Below are positions 22,857-32,923 of a DNA stretch of 48,373 bases, piece after piece. The translations under genes and the position numbers were made by a program. The stretch's first letter is position 1; each line of letters opens with the position of its first letter. The stretch covers positions 1 to 48,373 of the forward strand of contig CAWJGT010000005.1 of NCBI GenBank assembly GCA_963842525.1. Reading direction: 5' to 3'. This DNA comes from an uncultured Holophagales bacterium (GTDB lineage: Bacteria > Acidobacteriota > Thermoanaerobaculia > Multivoradales > UBA5704). The notes under the pieces are model-generated. The model was not told the DNA's origin and did no database searches. It worked only from the letters and a program-made list of their open reading frames with translations.

Positions 22857-23717
22857 CTACTTCTTCTTCCAGTCGCCGACCATCTTTTCCAGGTCCGCCA
22901 CCTGCTGGGCCGGCGGAGCCTGCTGCGCGGCTTTCGCGGCGGCGAGCGCCTTTTCGCCCCAGGCGACGGCGCCCTTGTAGTCGTTCTTCTTGGCGAGGAC
23001 CTGCGCCTTGGCGCGCTGGTTCTGGAAGGTCGGCTCGAGGGCGATGGAAGCATCGAGCCAGCGGGAGGCATCGTCCAGGCAGGAGTCGCTCTGGATGCAC
23101 CAGTTGGCCGCCTGATAGGGAGTCTGCCAGCGGACGGCGCTCTTGATCTGGTCCATCACCACCTTCGGCGTATCCACCTCGACCGTGAAGGGGACCGCGA
23201 TCTTTTCCCAGCGCAGGACCACCTTGGTGGAGTTGTCGGTCAGGTCGGCGAACTCGAACCCCATGCGCTCCTGGAAATCGGCGGCCTCGGGCTTGGCCTG
23301 GATGCGCAGGGCGTCGTTCTCCGGCTTGTAGTTGAAGGCGCCCCACTCGTCGGCGTCCTTGCTGAAGATGACGGTCCACTCGTTCTGGGTGGGGATCGTC
23401 TGCAGGCCGTAGAGGCCGGCGGGCAGCTCCTTGCCGCCGACCTTGACCGGCGTGCTGAACCGGATGGTGGTGTTCTCGTTGGCGCCGGTCCGCCAGACCT
23501 CGCCATAGGGGACGAGCTCGCCCCAGATGGTCCGGTCCTTGACGCCTGGGCGGCTGTAGCGGAGGGAGATCTCCGTGATCCCGACGGTCTGGGTCACCGT
23601 CGCGTTCGGGCTGGGGCGGGGCATGTTGAGCTGCTGCGCCGAGGCCGCCGTGGCGAGGCCCAGGGCCAGGAGCGTTGCCAGCGCGGCGGTAGTCGCGCGA
23701 AATTGGGGCTTTTTCAT
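22857..23717 (-). CDS. Secreted DUF2911-family protein with C-terminal TPR
   Basis: Signal peptide; PRPSP, YSRPGVKDR.IWG.LVPYG.VWRTGANE; GGAGG SD upstream. Confidence 0.88.
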   Translation of the reverse strand: MKKPQFRATTAALATLLALGLATAASAQQLNMPRPSPNATVTQTVGITEISLRYSRPGVKDRTIWGELVPYGEVWRTGANENTTIRFSTPVKVGGKELPAGLYGLQTIPTQNEWTVIFSKDADEWGAFNYKPENDALRIQAKPEAADFQERMGFEFADLTDNSTKVVLRWEKIAVPFTVEVDTPKVVMDQIKSAVRWQTPYQAANWCIQSDSCLDDASRWLDASIALEPTFQNQRAKAQVLAKKNDYKGAVAWGEKALAAAKAAQQAPPAQQVADLEKMVGDWKKK

Positions 23718-23782
23718 CGTCAAAACCTCCTTGAGGAATGAGGGGTGCCAGAAGGGCAAGGCAAATCTACCAGAGAGCCGTC

Positions 23783-24919
23783 TCACCTGCTGTAGCCGGC
23801 GTCGACCGGAGCGGGATGGGCCTTCATCCCGGCCGCGCGCTGCTCGGCGAACGCCGCGGCGCTCGCGGCGCGCTCCGCGCTCCAGGCTTCGGGAGCGACG
23901 ACCCAGCCCTGAACGTTGCGCCGGACCAGGCCCGCCAGGAAACGGACGTGGTCGGGCCGGTCGTTGAGGCAGGGGATGTAGCGGAAGCGCTCTCCGCCGG
24001 CTTGGAGGAAGATCTCGCGATTCTGCTCGTCCATCTCCTCCAGCGTCTCCAGGCAGTCGGCCGAGAAGCCCGGACAGAGGACGTCAATGGAGCGGACGCC
24101 GTAACGGGCCATCGCCGCCACCGTCTTGTCGGTATACGGCTTGAGCCACTCCTCCTTGCCGAACAGCGACTGGAACGACACCTCCCAGCGCTCGCGAGGC
24201 AGGCCGAGCTCCTCGGCGGCGAGCCGGGCCAGCTTGTGGCACTGACAGAAATAGGGGTCGCCCGCGTCGAAGTAGCGCTGCGGGATCCCATGGAAGGAGA
24301 AGAGGAGCTTCTCACCCGGCCCGCCGTCCGTCCAGGCCTCGCGGACGCTCGCCGCCAGGCACCGGATGTAAGCGGGGTCGTCGTAGTAGCCATTGACCGT
24401 GTGGATCTCCGGCACCCAGCGCCAGCCTTTGAGCTCGTCGGCGACCGCGTCGAACGTCGAGCCGATGGTGACGCCGGCGTACTGCGGGTAGAGCGGCAGG
24501 ATCAGGATGCGCCGGCATCCCTTCTCTTCCAGCTCGCGCAGCCCGGCACGGACCGAGGGGTTGCCGTAGCGCATGGCGAGGGCCACGTGCAGAGGATTGC
24601 CCACCTCCTGGCGGAGGACCTCCTGCAGGGCCGCGGCCTGGCGGCGGCTGATGACGAGGAGAGGAGATCCCTCCTTGGTCCAGACCTTCCGGTAGAGCGC
24701 CGCCGATTTCGCGGGCCGGGTGGGCAGGACGGCCAGGTGGAGGATGGTCCACCAGAGGAGCCGCGGCAGCTCGATGACTCGCGGGTCAAGAAGGAACTCG
24801 CGCAGATAGCGGCGCAGCGACGGCGTGTCCGGCGCGTCGGGCGTCCCCAGATTGGCCAGGAGGACGCCCACCGCCGGGATCTCGGTGTGCCGGAAGTCGG
24901 GCTGGCCGTAGTACTTCAT
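23783..24919 (-). CDS. hemH: Ferrochelatase
   Basis: NLGTP, YLREFL.DPRV, AMRYGNPS, LPLYPQY, FSFHGIP, EWLKPYT, DCLETLEE. Confidence 0.96.
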   Translation of the reverse strand: MKYYGQPDFRHTEIPAVGVLLANLGTPDAPDTPSLRRYLREFLLDPRVIELPRLLWWTILHLAVLPTRPAKSAALYRKVWTKEGSPLLVISRRQAAALQEVLRQEVGNPLHVALAMRYGNPSVRAGLRELEEKGCRRILILPLYPQYAGVTIGSTFDAVADELKGWRWVPEIHTVNGYYDDPAYIRCLAASVREAWTDGGPGEKLLFSFHGIPQRYFDAGDPYFCQCHKLARLAAEELGLPRERWEVSFQSLFGKEEWLKPYTDKTVAAMARYGVRSIDVLCPGFSADCLETLEEMDEQNREIFLQAGGERFRYIPCLNDRPDHVRFLAGLVRRNVQGWVVAPEAWSAERAASAAAFAEQRAAGMKAHPAPVDAGYSR

Positions 24920-24936
24920 GGCTCGGCGAGCATACC

Positions 24937-25551
24937 TCAGGAGGATTTCGGCCTGTCCACGAGCGTATTCAGGAGTCGGGACACGTCTCGGTAGAGCTTG
25001 TCGAACGAGTCGGCCCGGCGAGCCGCTGTCAGATCGAAAACTGCGGCTAGGGCGGGCTGGTCAAGCGTTTCGCGGTAATGCAGACTGCCCGTCATCCGGG
25101 CGGTCAACCACTCTTTGGCACCACGGATCATCTCCGGTTCCTCAGGAGGATCGAGATCGCCCGCGAGCCCCCGCGAGCCACGCAACGATTCTGCAGCGGC
25201 GAGAAACCAGGCTTCGAACTCCCTCTTCGCCAGCACCAGGCTGATCGGGAGATCGGGACGAACAGCCATGGCGCGTTGCAAAAGCTCCGGCCCCAGGGCC
25301 GCCGGGCATTCGTCATCGCTGTCCAGGATGATGAGGATGCCTCCTCCCCTCCCGGCCCGACGTGCAGCCAGCTCGACGGATCTCTCCAGCTCACCAGGTT
25401 TGATCAGGCGAGTGCGGGGCACGCGGAAGGGATGAGCGATCCGCACAGGATGGCCGGGATGGAGCTCCCCGGCGATCCTGCGAACGAGCACCGGAACGGC
25501 TTCCAACTCGCCGTGGCCTTCCACAATGCAGGTAAGCTCGAAGGGATCCAG
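24937..25551 (-). CDS. DUF4276-like TOPRIM-fold protein (start uncertain)
   Basis: IVEGHGE, ILDSDDECP, EFEAWFLA, GAKEWL, Y.ET.DQ, SFDKL; frame is open ~27 nt upstream of the tracked start. Confidence 0.78.
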   Translation of the reverse strand: MDPFELTCIVEGHGELEAVPVLVRRIAGELHPGHPVRIAHPFRVPRTRLIKPGELERSVELAARRAGRGGGILIILDSDDECPAALGPELLQRAMAVRPDLPISLVLAKREFEAWFLAAAESLRGSRGLAGDLDPPEEPEMIRGAKEWLTARMTGSLHYRETLDQPALAAVFDLTAARRADSFDKLYRDVSRLLNTLVDRPKSS

Positions 25552-25564
25552 GCTGCGTCCTCAC

Positions 25565-26758
25565 TCACAGAAGGTCCAAATCAAGCGTGGGCTTGCCGAT
25601 CGCTTCGGGGGCAGGAGTCAACTGGTTCAGACGCAGGAGCTCGCCGGGCGTATACAGCCGGTCTTTTACAGCCGAGATGCCGACCTTGTCGAGAGGCCCG
25701 ATCCGGGTGAGGCCCTGGTCGGCGGTAACGGCGAGGATCGACTCCGAGGCAATCCTGGAATCGTCCAGCAGGTCGGGGCTGTGGCTGGTGACGAGCACCT
25801 GCGTACGCTCGCTCGCCTCGCGCAAGGCATCGAGCAGGACTCCCGCGGCCGCGGGATGGAGGGCCACCTCCGGCTCCTCGATCCCGACGAGAGGCACCTG
25901 CGGGCGCTCCCCGTTCTTCGACTGGAAAAGGGCGACCAGCACCCCAAGAGCCCGCAGGGTGCCGTCCGACATGTTCGCGGCAGGGAAGCTCCACCGGTTG
26001 CGAGAGCCGGCCATCTGCTGCCGGAATGCCAGCGTCTCCTTGGGGCCGACCGGCTTCGAATCGACCGCCTCGATACCTGAAACGACTTTCGCGAGATACT
26101 CCTCGACGCGACGTTTCGTTTCGGGGGCATGGGCACTGAGCTGTCGGAGAACGCTCGCGAGATTGCCGCCGTCCCTCCACAGAAGCTCGCCCGCATCCGG
26201 AGACTGGAGGTCGCGGATGCGATCAGGATTGAGGTTGTAGAACCCCATGCTCGAGAGGGCCTCATAGAGCGGCCGGAACTCTGGAAGCCCGGAGGCATGG
26301 ACGAGATACAGGCGATCCCTTGCGGCGGCGGGAGTGACCTGGGCGCTCGTCGAAACGACCTCGCCCCGGCGCACCGAGTAGTGTGCCGAGTCGGCACCTC
26401 TGATCGTGCAGTCCTCCTCAAGGACCTCATATCCTGCCTCCTTGAGGGCTCCGATCCGGAAGGCATAGTAGCCGTGCTGTCGATACCGCGGCAGCGAGAA
26501 CACCAACCGAATCCAAACGTGTGTAGGACGCCTGCTGGAGCGCAGTCGAACTTCCTTGATACCTCCGCGGTCGCGGGACGCATGATCGAGGGAGGTCCGG
26601 AGAGAGTCGGCGACGAAGCGGAGGGCATCCAGGAAGTTGCTCTTCCCGGAGCCGTTGGGGCCGACGAGGAATGTGAGAGGTCCGAGCGAGACATCGCAGC
26701 GAGCGATGCTACGGTAGTTCTCCAGGATGACGCGGGTGAGAAACGTGGAATCGCCCAT
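25565..26758 (-). CDS. ABC-type AAA ATPase (AAA_21/AAA_15-like)
   Basis: ENYRSI, GPNGSGKSN, MSDGT, IEEPE, TSHS. Confidence 0.9.
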   Translation of the reverse strand: MGDSTFLTRVILENYRSIARCDVSLGPLTFLVGPNGSGKSNFLDALRFVADSLRTSLDHASRDRGGIKEVRLRSSRRPTHVWIRLVFSLPRYRQHGYYAFRIGALKEAGYEVLEEDCTIRGADSAHYSVRRGEVVSTSAQVTPAAARDRLYLVHASGLPEFRPLYEALSSMGFYNLNPDRIRDLQSPDAGELLWRDGGNLASVLRQLSAHAPETKRRVEEYLAKVVSGIEAVDSKPVGPKETLAFRQQMAGSRNRWSFPAANMSDGTLRALGVLVALFQSKNGERPQVPLVGIEEPEVALHPAAAGVLLDALREASERTQVLVTSHSPDLLDDSRIASESILAVTADQGLTRIGPLDKVGISAVKDRLYTPGELLRLNQLTPAPEAIGKPTLDLDLL

Positions 26759-26822
26759 GGGAGCCCTCGGTCCGCATTCTGTCACAGCGTGTCAGAGCAG
26801 GCCGAGGGCTCGAGGACCCAGC

Positions 26823-28019
26823 TCAGGCGCCCAGCGCCCCGAACACCTCCCCCACCTGTTCCCAGCCGACCCGCATCAGGAAGGTGTTGTTCCTCCCATA
26901 GGACTTGCTGCCCAGGATGAAAAGGCCCGGCTCGGGGTTGGTCAGGGTGTCGACCCCGTGGCTGGTCTGCGACAGGCAGTCGCCGGCGCCCGCGCCGAGC
27001 AGGGCGGCCGAGAGCTTGATCGGACCGCAGGTCGCGTAGCACTCGTGGACCTGGAGCTGCCGGTACAGGCTGTTGTCGCCGACGTAGCCGGTCAGCGAGA
27101 GGATGCGGTCGACCCGCACCGCCTCGGTGACGCCGCCGTTGCGCAGCACGACGCGGATCTTTCCGTTCTCTCGGGAGAGCGCCTCGATCGAGACGTTCCG
27201 GTGCACCTCGACGGCCGGAGAGGCGCCGCCTGCCAGGGCTTCGGCCTCGGCGGCGAGCTGCGCCCGCGCGGGCAGCGGATCGTCCGCCGGGGACCCCCAG
27301 GTTGGCTCGGCGGCACGGAACGCCCAGAGAACCCGGGTGCCCGGCGCGCGGCGCGCCAGCTCGGCCAGCTCGCGCGCCGCGGTCTGCGCGGAATGGCCGG
27401 CTCCGGCGAGGAGGACGGTCTTGCCTGCCCAGTCCTCCGCCTCACTGGCGAAATCAGGGATATCGCGCCGGATCTCGGCGCCGAGAGCGCGCTCGCCCGG
27501 CGCCGGGATGCCGCCGTCCCCCAGGCTGTTGGGGTTGCCGTAGGTGCCGGTCGCATCGATCACCCGCTCCGCCTTTTCAGTCCACTCGCGGCCGGTCTCG
27601 TCGGCGAGCAGGAGCCGGAACGAGTGCCGGCCGCGCTCGGGCGTCGCGATCTCCTCATGCTTGAGCAGGCCCTCGCGGGCGATCGCCAGCACGCGCGTGC
27701 CCAGGCGGACATGCGGGGCGACCTCCGGCAGCTCGGCGACCCGCGCGAAGACCTCGGCAAGCTCCGTTCCGGTGGGGCACTCGTCTCCCGTCGGCACCTT
27801 GACCCCGGCGGCGGCAAGATGCTGCTGCACCCGCGGCGAGACGTTCATCTCCCACGGGGTGAACAGGCGGACATGCCCCCACTGGCGCAGGTGCCCGGCC
27901 ACGGAGGAGGACGCCTCGTAGACGGTGAACGGAAAGCCCCCGTCAACGGCGGCGAGAGCGGCTTCGAGGCCGGTCGGGCCGGCTCCCAGGATCGCGATGT
28001 GCGGCTTGGCTTCGGACAT
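26823..28019 (-). CDS. FAD/NAD(P)-dependent oxidoreductase (flavin monooxygenase-like)
   Basis: GAGPTG, VIDATG, GAGHSA, LTGY; C-terminal ECYATCGP..DCL..PEPG..LGSKSYGR. Confidence 0.85.
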   Translation of the reverse strand: MSEAKPHIAILGAGPTGLEAALAAVDGGFPFTVYEASSSVAGHLRQWGHVRLFTPWEMNVSPRVQQHLAAAGVKVPTGDECPTGTELAEVFARVAELPEVAPHVRLGTRVLAIAREGLLKHEEIATPERGRHSFRLLLADETGREWTEKAERVIDATGTYGNPNSLGDGGIPAPGERALGAEIRRDIPDFASEAEDWAGKTVLLAGAGHSAQTAARELAELARRAPGTRVLWAFRAAEPTWGSPADDPLPARAQLAAEAEALAGGASPAVEVHRNVSIEALSRENGKIRVVLRNGGVTEAVRVDRILSLTGYVGDNSLYRQLQVHECYATCGPIKLSAALLGAGAGDCLSQTSHGVDTLTNPEPGLFILGSKSYGRNNTFLMRVGWEQVGEVFGALGA

Positions 28020-28036
28020 CTTCTTCTCTCCTCGGT

Positions 28037-29008
28037 TCAGAACCGGGACGCCGCCCGTTCCCGGGCAGGCAGGATCTCCAGACAGGTGGTCCACCAGCCG
28101 GTGAGGATCGTCTCGGCGAACTCCTCCGGCAGCTTCTCGCGCCGCATCTCGGCGGCGAGCGCGAGGTGGTCGTAGGCGAGCGGCACCAGCTCGACCCCCA
28201 GGCCCTCCTCCCGTGCCTCCAGCAGCGCATACCAGACCCGGACGTCCCCGTCGTTGGCGGGCCGGCCGATCACGCCGGCGTTCAGGACGTCGCGGCCGGA
28301 CGGCAGGCGGCGGTGCCAGGGGAGCCCGGTGTGGGTGCAGAGCAGGCCGTCGCAGCCGTGCTGGTCGAGCAGAACCTCCAGGAACGGCACCGGCGCCGTG
28401 GACTGAAAGAGAAATTCGTTGATCCGCCGCGGCGAGCCGTGGACGAGCAGCAGCTCGCGGCCACCGATCCGCACGCGGCGGCGGCGGGGGAGCCGGCCCA
28501 TCCAGGCCTTGAAGTCGGGCGAGCAGTTGCGGGTCGTGTAGCCATACGAGATCCCGGCGAAGTGGTTGTCGCGCGGATCGGTATAGCCGCAGTTGCAGTC
28601 CTCGCGGCCGGAGGCGAGCGACTCCTCGTAGTTGCCCTGGATCGCGAGCACGCCTGCCTGGACCAGCAGCGGCCAGACCTTCTCCGGGTTGGGACCGAAG
28701 CCGCCGAGGTCGCCCAGGCAGTAGACCGCCTCGGCGCCGCGCCGGGCGGCGTCCTCCAGCAGCGCCGCGAGCCCGTAGTGATTGTTGTAGATGCCGCCGA
28801 AGACGGCGATGCGGGAGTACGGCCCCTCGACCGGCGTGGGGTCCTCTACGGGAGCCGTCCAGGCGCGGACGGCGGCGGCGCGCTCTTCAGGAGAAAGGCG
28901 CAGCCCGGCCTCCGCGGTCGCCTGGCGGAAGCGGTCGAGAGGCACGAGCTTCTCCCCCCAGGTGGCGAGCCCGCGGTGGAGAGTGAAAGGGGGCGGCCGG
29001 TGCGACAT
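28037..29008 (-). CDS. Calcineurin-like metallophosphoesterase, divergent
   Basis: CLGDL, QGNYE, VHGSP, THTG, NAGVIG; first DxH motif replaced by GGIYNN; CNCGY insert. Confidence 0.82.
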   Translation of the reverse strand: MSHRPPPFTLHRGLATWGEKLVPLDRFRQATAEAGLRLSPEERAAAVRAWTAPVEDPTPVEGPYSRIAVFGGIYNNHYGLAALLEDAARRGAEAVYCLGDLGGFGPNPEKVWPLLVQAGVLAIQGNYEESLASGREDCNCGYTDPRDNHFAGISYGYTTRNCSPDFKAWMGRLPRRRRVRIGGRELLLVHGSPRRINEFLFQSTAPVPFLEVLLDQHGCDGLLCTHTGLPWHRRLPSGRDVLNAGVIGRPANDGDVRVWYALLEAREEGLGVELVPLAYDHLALAAEMRREKLPEEFAETILTGWWTTCLEILPARERAASRF

Positions 29009-29009
29009 C

Positions 29010-29894
29010 TCAGGTCTTGCAGCTCACGCCGTAGACGTGGCAGGTCCAGCAGGCCGCGTGCTCCAGCGGGAAGCTCTCCAGGGTGTCGGCTAGGGTCTCT
29101 CCCATCTTCGCCGTGGGCTCGTTGACCAGGATCGGGCAGACCCAGACCCCCTGGTCCGTGACCATCCGGCAGGAGCTGCACTGGAGGTGGTCCCAGCCGC
29201 CCTCGGGGGCGTCCCCCGCGCGCAGCCGCTGCCAGGTTTCGTAGGCGCCGGCGCGCTCGGCCTCGGCCCCGATCTGAAAGACCGGCAGGACCTTAAGGCG
29301 CGGCCGGTCGATCCCCATCGAGCGCAGGAGGTCGAAGAACAGCTCTTTGCCGGGCGCGGTCCCGGCCTCGCGATGGACCTCGGTGACGGTGAGGACCGGG
29401 TTCAGACCGGCCTGGACCAGGTTGCGCACGCCGCCGAGGATGCGGTCGAAGGTCCCCTCGCCGCGGATCGGGTCGTTGGTCGCGGCGTCCCAGCCGTCGA
29501 GGGAGACGCGGAGGTCGAGCGAGTACTCCGCGGCGTCGGCGAGCGCCTTCAACCGGGCGCAGCGGGCCGGGTCGAGCAGCAGGCCGTTGGTCAGCACGGT
29601 GGCGGGCCCGAGCCGCAGGGTCTCGGCCAGGATCGCTTCCATCTCCGGGTTGAGGAACGGCTCGCCGCCGGTGAAGTAGTACTCCCGGACTCCGAGCTCC
29701 GCCGCCTCGGCAAGGAACCGCCGCACCTCGGCGAGTCCCATCATCTCGTGCGTGTGGTTGGTTGGCGAGCAGGAGACGAAGCAGTGGGTGCAGGCGAGAT
29801 TGCAGACCGTGCCTCCGACCTGGAACCACAGGGTGTCCAGGGAACGCAGCTCCACGCGGGGGGCCGGGTCGGGTCGGATCTCGGGGATGCTCAT
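29010..29894 (-). CDS. Radical SAM protein with Cys-rich C-terminus
   Basis: CNLACTHC, TGGEP, LTNG, VSLDG; C-terminal CSSC, CP, CWTC..C. Confidence 0.92.
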   Translation of the reverse strand: MSIPEIRPDPAPRVELRSLDTLWFQVGGTVCNLACTHCFVSCSPTNHTHEMMGLAEVRRFLAEAAELGVREYYFTGGEPFLNPEMEAILAETLRLGPATVLTNGLLLDPARCARLKALADAAEYSLDLRVSLDGWDAATNDPIRGEGTFDRILGGVRNLVQAGLNPVLTVTEVHREAGTAPGKELFFDLLRSMGIDRPRLKVLPVFQIGAEAERAGAYETWQRLRAGDAPEGGWDHLQCSSCRMVTDQGVWVCPILVNEPTAKMGETLADTLESFPLEHAACWTCHVYGVSCKT

Positions 29895-29998
29895 GAGCGC
29901 ACGCTTCTCACCAAAACTCTATACGACGTCGGACTCTTCCCTGGATGGATCGAAAAGCCCAGATCCAGCCTACAGCGCTTGCGCTATGATGGGCGGCC

Positions 29999-30556
29999 TT
30001 GCGACGCTTCGTCTTCTTCTCGCTCCCGCTCCTGATCCTGGCCATGGGGCTCTTCCACTTCGCCCTGGAAGCCGTGGGCAAGGCGCCCGATCCGTCCGCG
30101 CTCTCCCCGTCCGGAGGCCGCGAGTTACCCCATTGGGTGGCGCTTGCCACCTGGGCTCTGGAGGCGCTGGCCCTCTCGGCGCTGTTCCTGCTGATCCACG
30201 CCCGCAACGGCCTGCGCTGGGTCTCGGGCCTGCTGGCCGGCTGGATCGCCTGGGTGTTCCGCGGACCGTTGCTGGTGGTGACCGTCGTCGGCTTCGCCGG
30301 TCTCCCTCCCGGGCCCTGGTGGTCGCTGGCCTTCGAGTGGTGGATCCTCTACTCCGCCTGTGGTCTGCTGCTCGGAGGGGTGGCCGCCGCGGCGGACCTT
30401 GGGACGGAGGCGAACCCGGCCCCGACCCCTCTCCCGGTCCCGGAACGGATCAGAGAGGAGGAGCCCGCGCAGGAGCCCGCTGAGCCTCCCACGAGCCAGC
30501 CGGTGAGTCCCCCGGAAACCCCTGCGGGTTCTCAGGCCGGCGCCGCCGATCTCTGA
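29999..30556 (+). CDS. Hypothetical membrane protein (about 4 TM)
   Basis: Hydrophobic segments, Pro/Glu-rich tail, host-like codon usage. Confidence 0.7.
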   Translation: MRRFVFFSLPLLILAMGLFHFALEAVGKAPDPSALSPSGGRELPHWVALATWALEALALSALFLLIHARNGLRWVSGLLAGWIAWVFRGPLLVVTVVGFAGLPPGPWWSLAFEWWILYSACGLLLGGVAAAADLGTEANPAPTPLPVPERIREEEPAQEPAEPPTSQPVSPPETPAGSQAGAADL

Positions 30557-30671
30557 GCTTCCTGCACCATGGCGCAGCCGGCCTGCACCACGGCGTGAGC
30601 ACCCGCGCCGCGGCGCAGGTGGCCCGCGCCTCGGCGCAGATCGCCCCAAAAACTCCAGGTACCGCCAGGAA

Positions 30672-32060
30672 TCAGCCGGCTCGGGCGCCGAAGTCGAGCA
30701 GCTCGAAGGCTGCCCGGAGCGGGCCGACGGCCAGGAACATCTCGCGGGTGGCAGGGGGCAGAGACACCTCGAAATGGCCCTGGGCATCACTGGTCACCGT
30801 CGGCACCCCGAAGTAGGAGAGACCTGCCGGGGCTGCTTTGATCCACGCTCCCGTAACCACTCCGTCGGGGGATGCCACCGTGCCGGAAACCCGGAGTTGC
30901 GGACGGATGGTCAGGAGGAGTGGTTCGGAATCGCGGTCATCGGCCAGCTCCACCACGACAGGATCGGCGGAACGATCGCCTCTCCCTTCCGCACCGACCT
31001 GGAGGGGGCCAGGCGGCAAGCCGACCAGCTCGAACTTTCCTTGCTCATCTGTGAAATGCTGCACCTGTGGCTCTGAGACCGGACCCACGCTCTTGGCGTT
31101 GACAATCGCCCGGGTCACTGCGGCTCCTTTTCCATCGATCACGCGGCCGGCCAGCCGTGTGTTCGGAAGCCGGAGAGCCACTTCTGCTACCGTGCTTTCG
31201 GGCTTCGGCTGCACCTTGACCTTCGGGATCTCGCGGCTGACCGAAGGCGCAGTTGAAGAAACATGCACGCTCCAGTCACCAGCTTTTGGGAGGTAGACCT
31301 CAAAGGTGCCCTTCTCATCGGAGTGCGCCCGGATGCGTGTTGCGCCCCACCGGCCGCCAAAGGAAAGCCTGGCTGCGAGGGGGGCTTTTCCCAAATGGAC
31401 CGTTCCGACAACCTGCAGCACATCGAGATCAAAGTGCAGGGGAACCAGGCCAGGGCCGACCTCCACTTCCTCCATGCGCCAGGTGTCCCCACCCTGCGTT
31501 CCGACTTTCAGGAGATATTGTGCCGGCGCAAGGCCCATCTTCTTCCAGGAGCCGCCGCTTTCGGCAGGCTCCAAGGCCACGTCCGTCAACACCGCAGAGC
31601 TCCGGTCCAGGCGCAGCAGGCGCACCGCCCAGGGTTTTCCCCATGGATCCAACGGCGGCGTCAGATAGACTTCTAGCGTCTTCGGAACATCCAGAGCGAG
31701 CGGTGGGTTGGCGATTTCCGTGACCTCACCGGCGACTACGCGCACCGTCGTGGTCGCCGGTGCGAAACGCTCATGCTTCGCTTCCAGGATATAGGCGCCC
31801 GGCGGGACACCGCCGAGTTGAAAAAATCCCCTCGGATGAATCGCCGCCTCAAAAGAAAGCGCCTTGAGGCGGCTTACGGCCTCCTGGTCGCGAACGGGGC
31901 CACCCATCCGCGGGCGCAGCTCGACTCGGCCGCTTTCCCCCAGCGTGCTTCCGTCCGCCGTGACCACCCAACCCAGCACGGCGGAGCCGCGCCGCAGATC
32001 CAGCCGGCCAAGGCGCAACGTGTTGCCTCGTGGCACCCGGATGCCCCACTGGTAGCGTAC
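30672..32060 (-). pseudogene. Fragment of a carboxypeptidase-regulatory-like (beta-sandwich repeat) protein
   Basis: Repeated G.V...G / TDEQGKFEL.GLPPG / TSDAQGHFEV motifs; no own start or signal peptide, abrupt C-terminus. Confidence 0.65.
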
Positions 32061-32265
32061 CGTCAATCCCACAGCCCATCGTCCCACCGAACACAAAGAG
32101 ATCGCATTCACAGCCACCGCTTTGCTGGACGAACGTGCAGAAAGGCTCTCCATCCGTAACTTTGCATTCGGCGCACCCTGTCGAGCTGGAACAGTTCCCA
32201 TGCGCCGGCGGCGCAAGGCCAAGTGAGAGGAGGCCTAGCGCAAGCAGGAATACGAGCTTTCTCAC
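32056..32265 (-). pseudogene. Secreted Cys-rich small protein, 3'-truncated
   Basis: Signal peptide MRKLVFLLALGLLSLGLAPPAHG then 7 Cys in ~45 aa; runs into the unrelated fragment at ~32058. Confidence 0.6.
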
Positions 32266-32701
32266 TTTCCTTTCTTCTTGATACGCTTAAGGATACCAGG
32301 GCCGTGGGAAGAGTGTCAAAAGCAGGCGGCCCTGACCGGTCCTGGTTGCCGTCTGGGACGGCCTCGGTCCGGCGTGGTTTTCCGGTTGACGGCTGGGCCC
32401 TGGTGGTGGCCCCATGCCGCGGCCGTGCGGTCGATCTGCGCTGGGTATGAGGCCGTGGCGGCACCCGGGAGAATTCCGGGCGCTGGGCCGTGGACGTGGT
32501 GGTCGCGGGGGCCGAGACGCCCTGGCCGCTGTGGTTCCCGCAAGGGTTGTGGTCGCGGACTAGGGCGCATCTCGACGCGCATTGGCATTGATGTGTGATG
32601 GCCGGCACAGGCGTGGTGGTTGCGGGCACCTTTGGATTTCGAACGCGGCCCGCACGGACCCCGCAGGCCCGGCAGGCTAGGTGCCGCGCCGGAGACCCGC
32701 C

Positions 32702-32917
32702 ATGCACCGCACCCTCGTGGCCCTGGCCCTTGCCGCCTCGATCCTGACCACCCCCGCCGGCCGCTTCGAACCGCTCTGGAACACCTTCACCCGGATCTGG
32801 GCCGAACACGGGTGCATTCTCGACCCGAACGGCCGCTGCCAGCCGGACCAGGGTACCAGCTCGATCACGGGCGACAATGGCTGTGCCGCCGACCCGGACG
32901 GCCGTTGCATCGGCTGA
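32702..32917 (+). CDS. Small secreted peptide with two GCxxDP[N/D]GRC repeats (71 aa)
   Basis: GGAGA SD; signal-like N-terminus; GCILDPNGRC and GCAADPDGRC. Confidence 0.75.
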   Translation: MHRTLVALALAASILTTPAGRFEPLWNTFTRIWAEHGCILDPNGRCQPDQGTSSITGDNGCAADPDGRCIG

Positions 32918-32923
32918 AGGTTT

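Noticed and set aside
30570-30581. TGGCGCAGCCGG as the att direct repeat of the tRNA-Arg 3' end (TGGTGCAGCCAG)
   Set aside because: Position is suggestive, but 10/12 identity is expected by chance in GC-rich DNA
32370-32630. Possible GTGGT-rich degenerate repeat upstream of the peptide gene
   Set aside because: Could not establish a consistent period by eye
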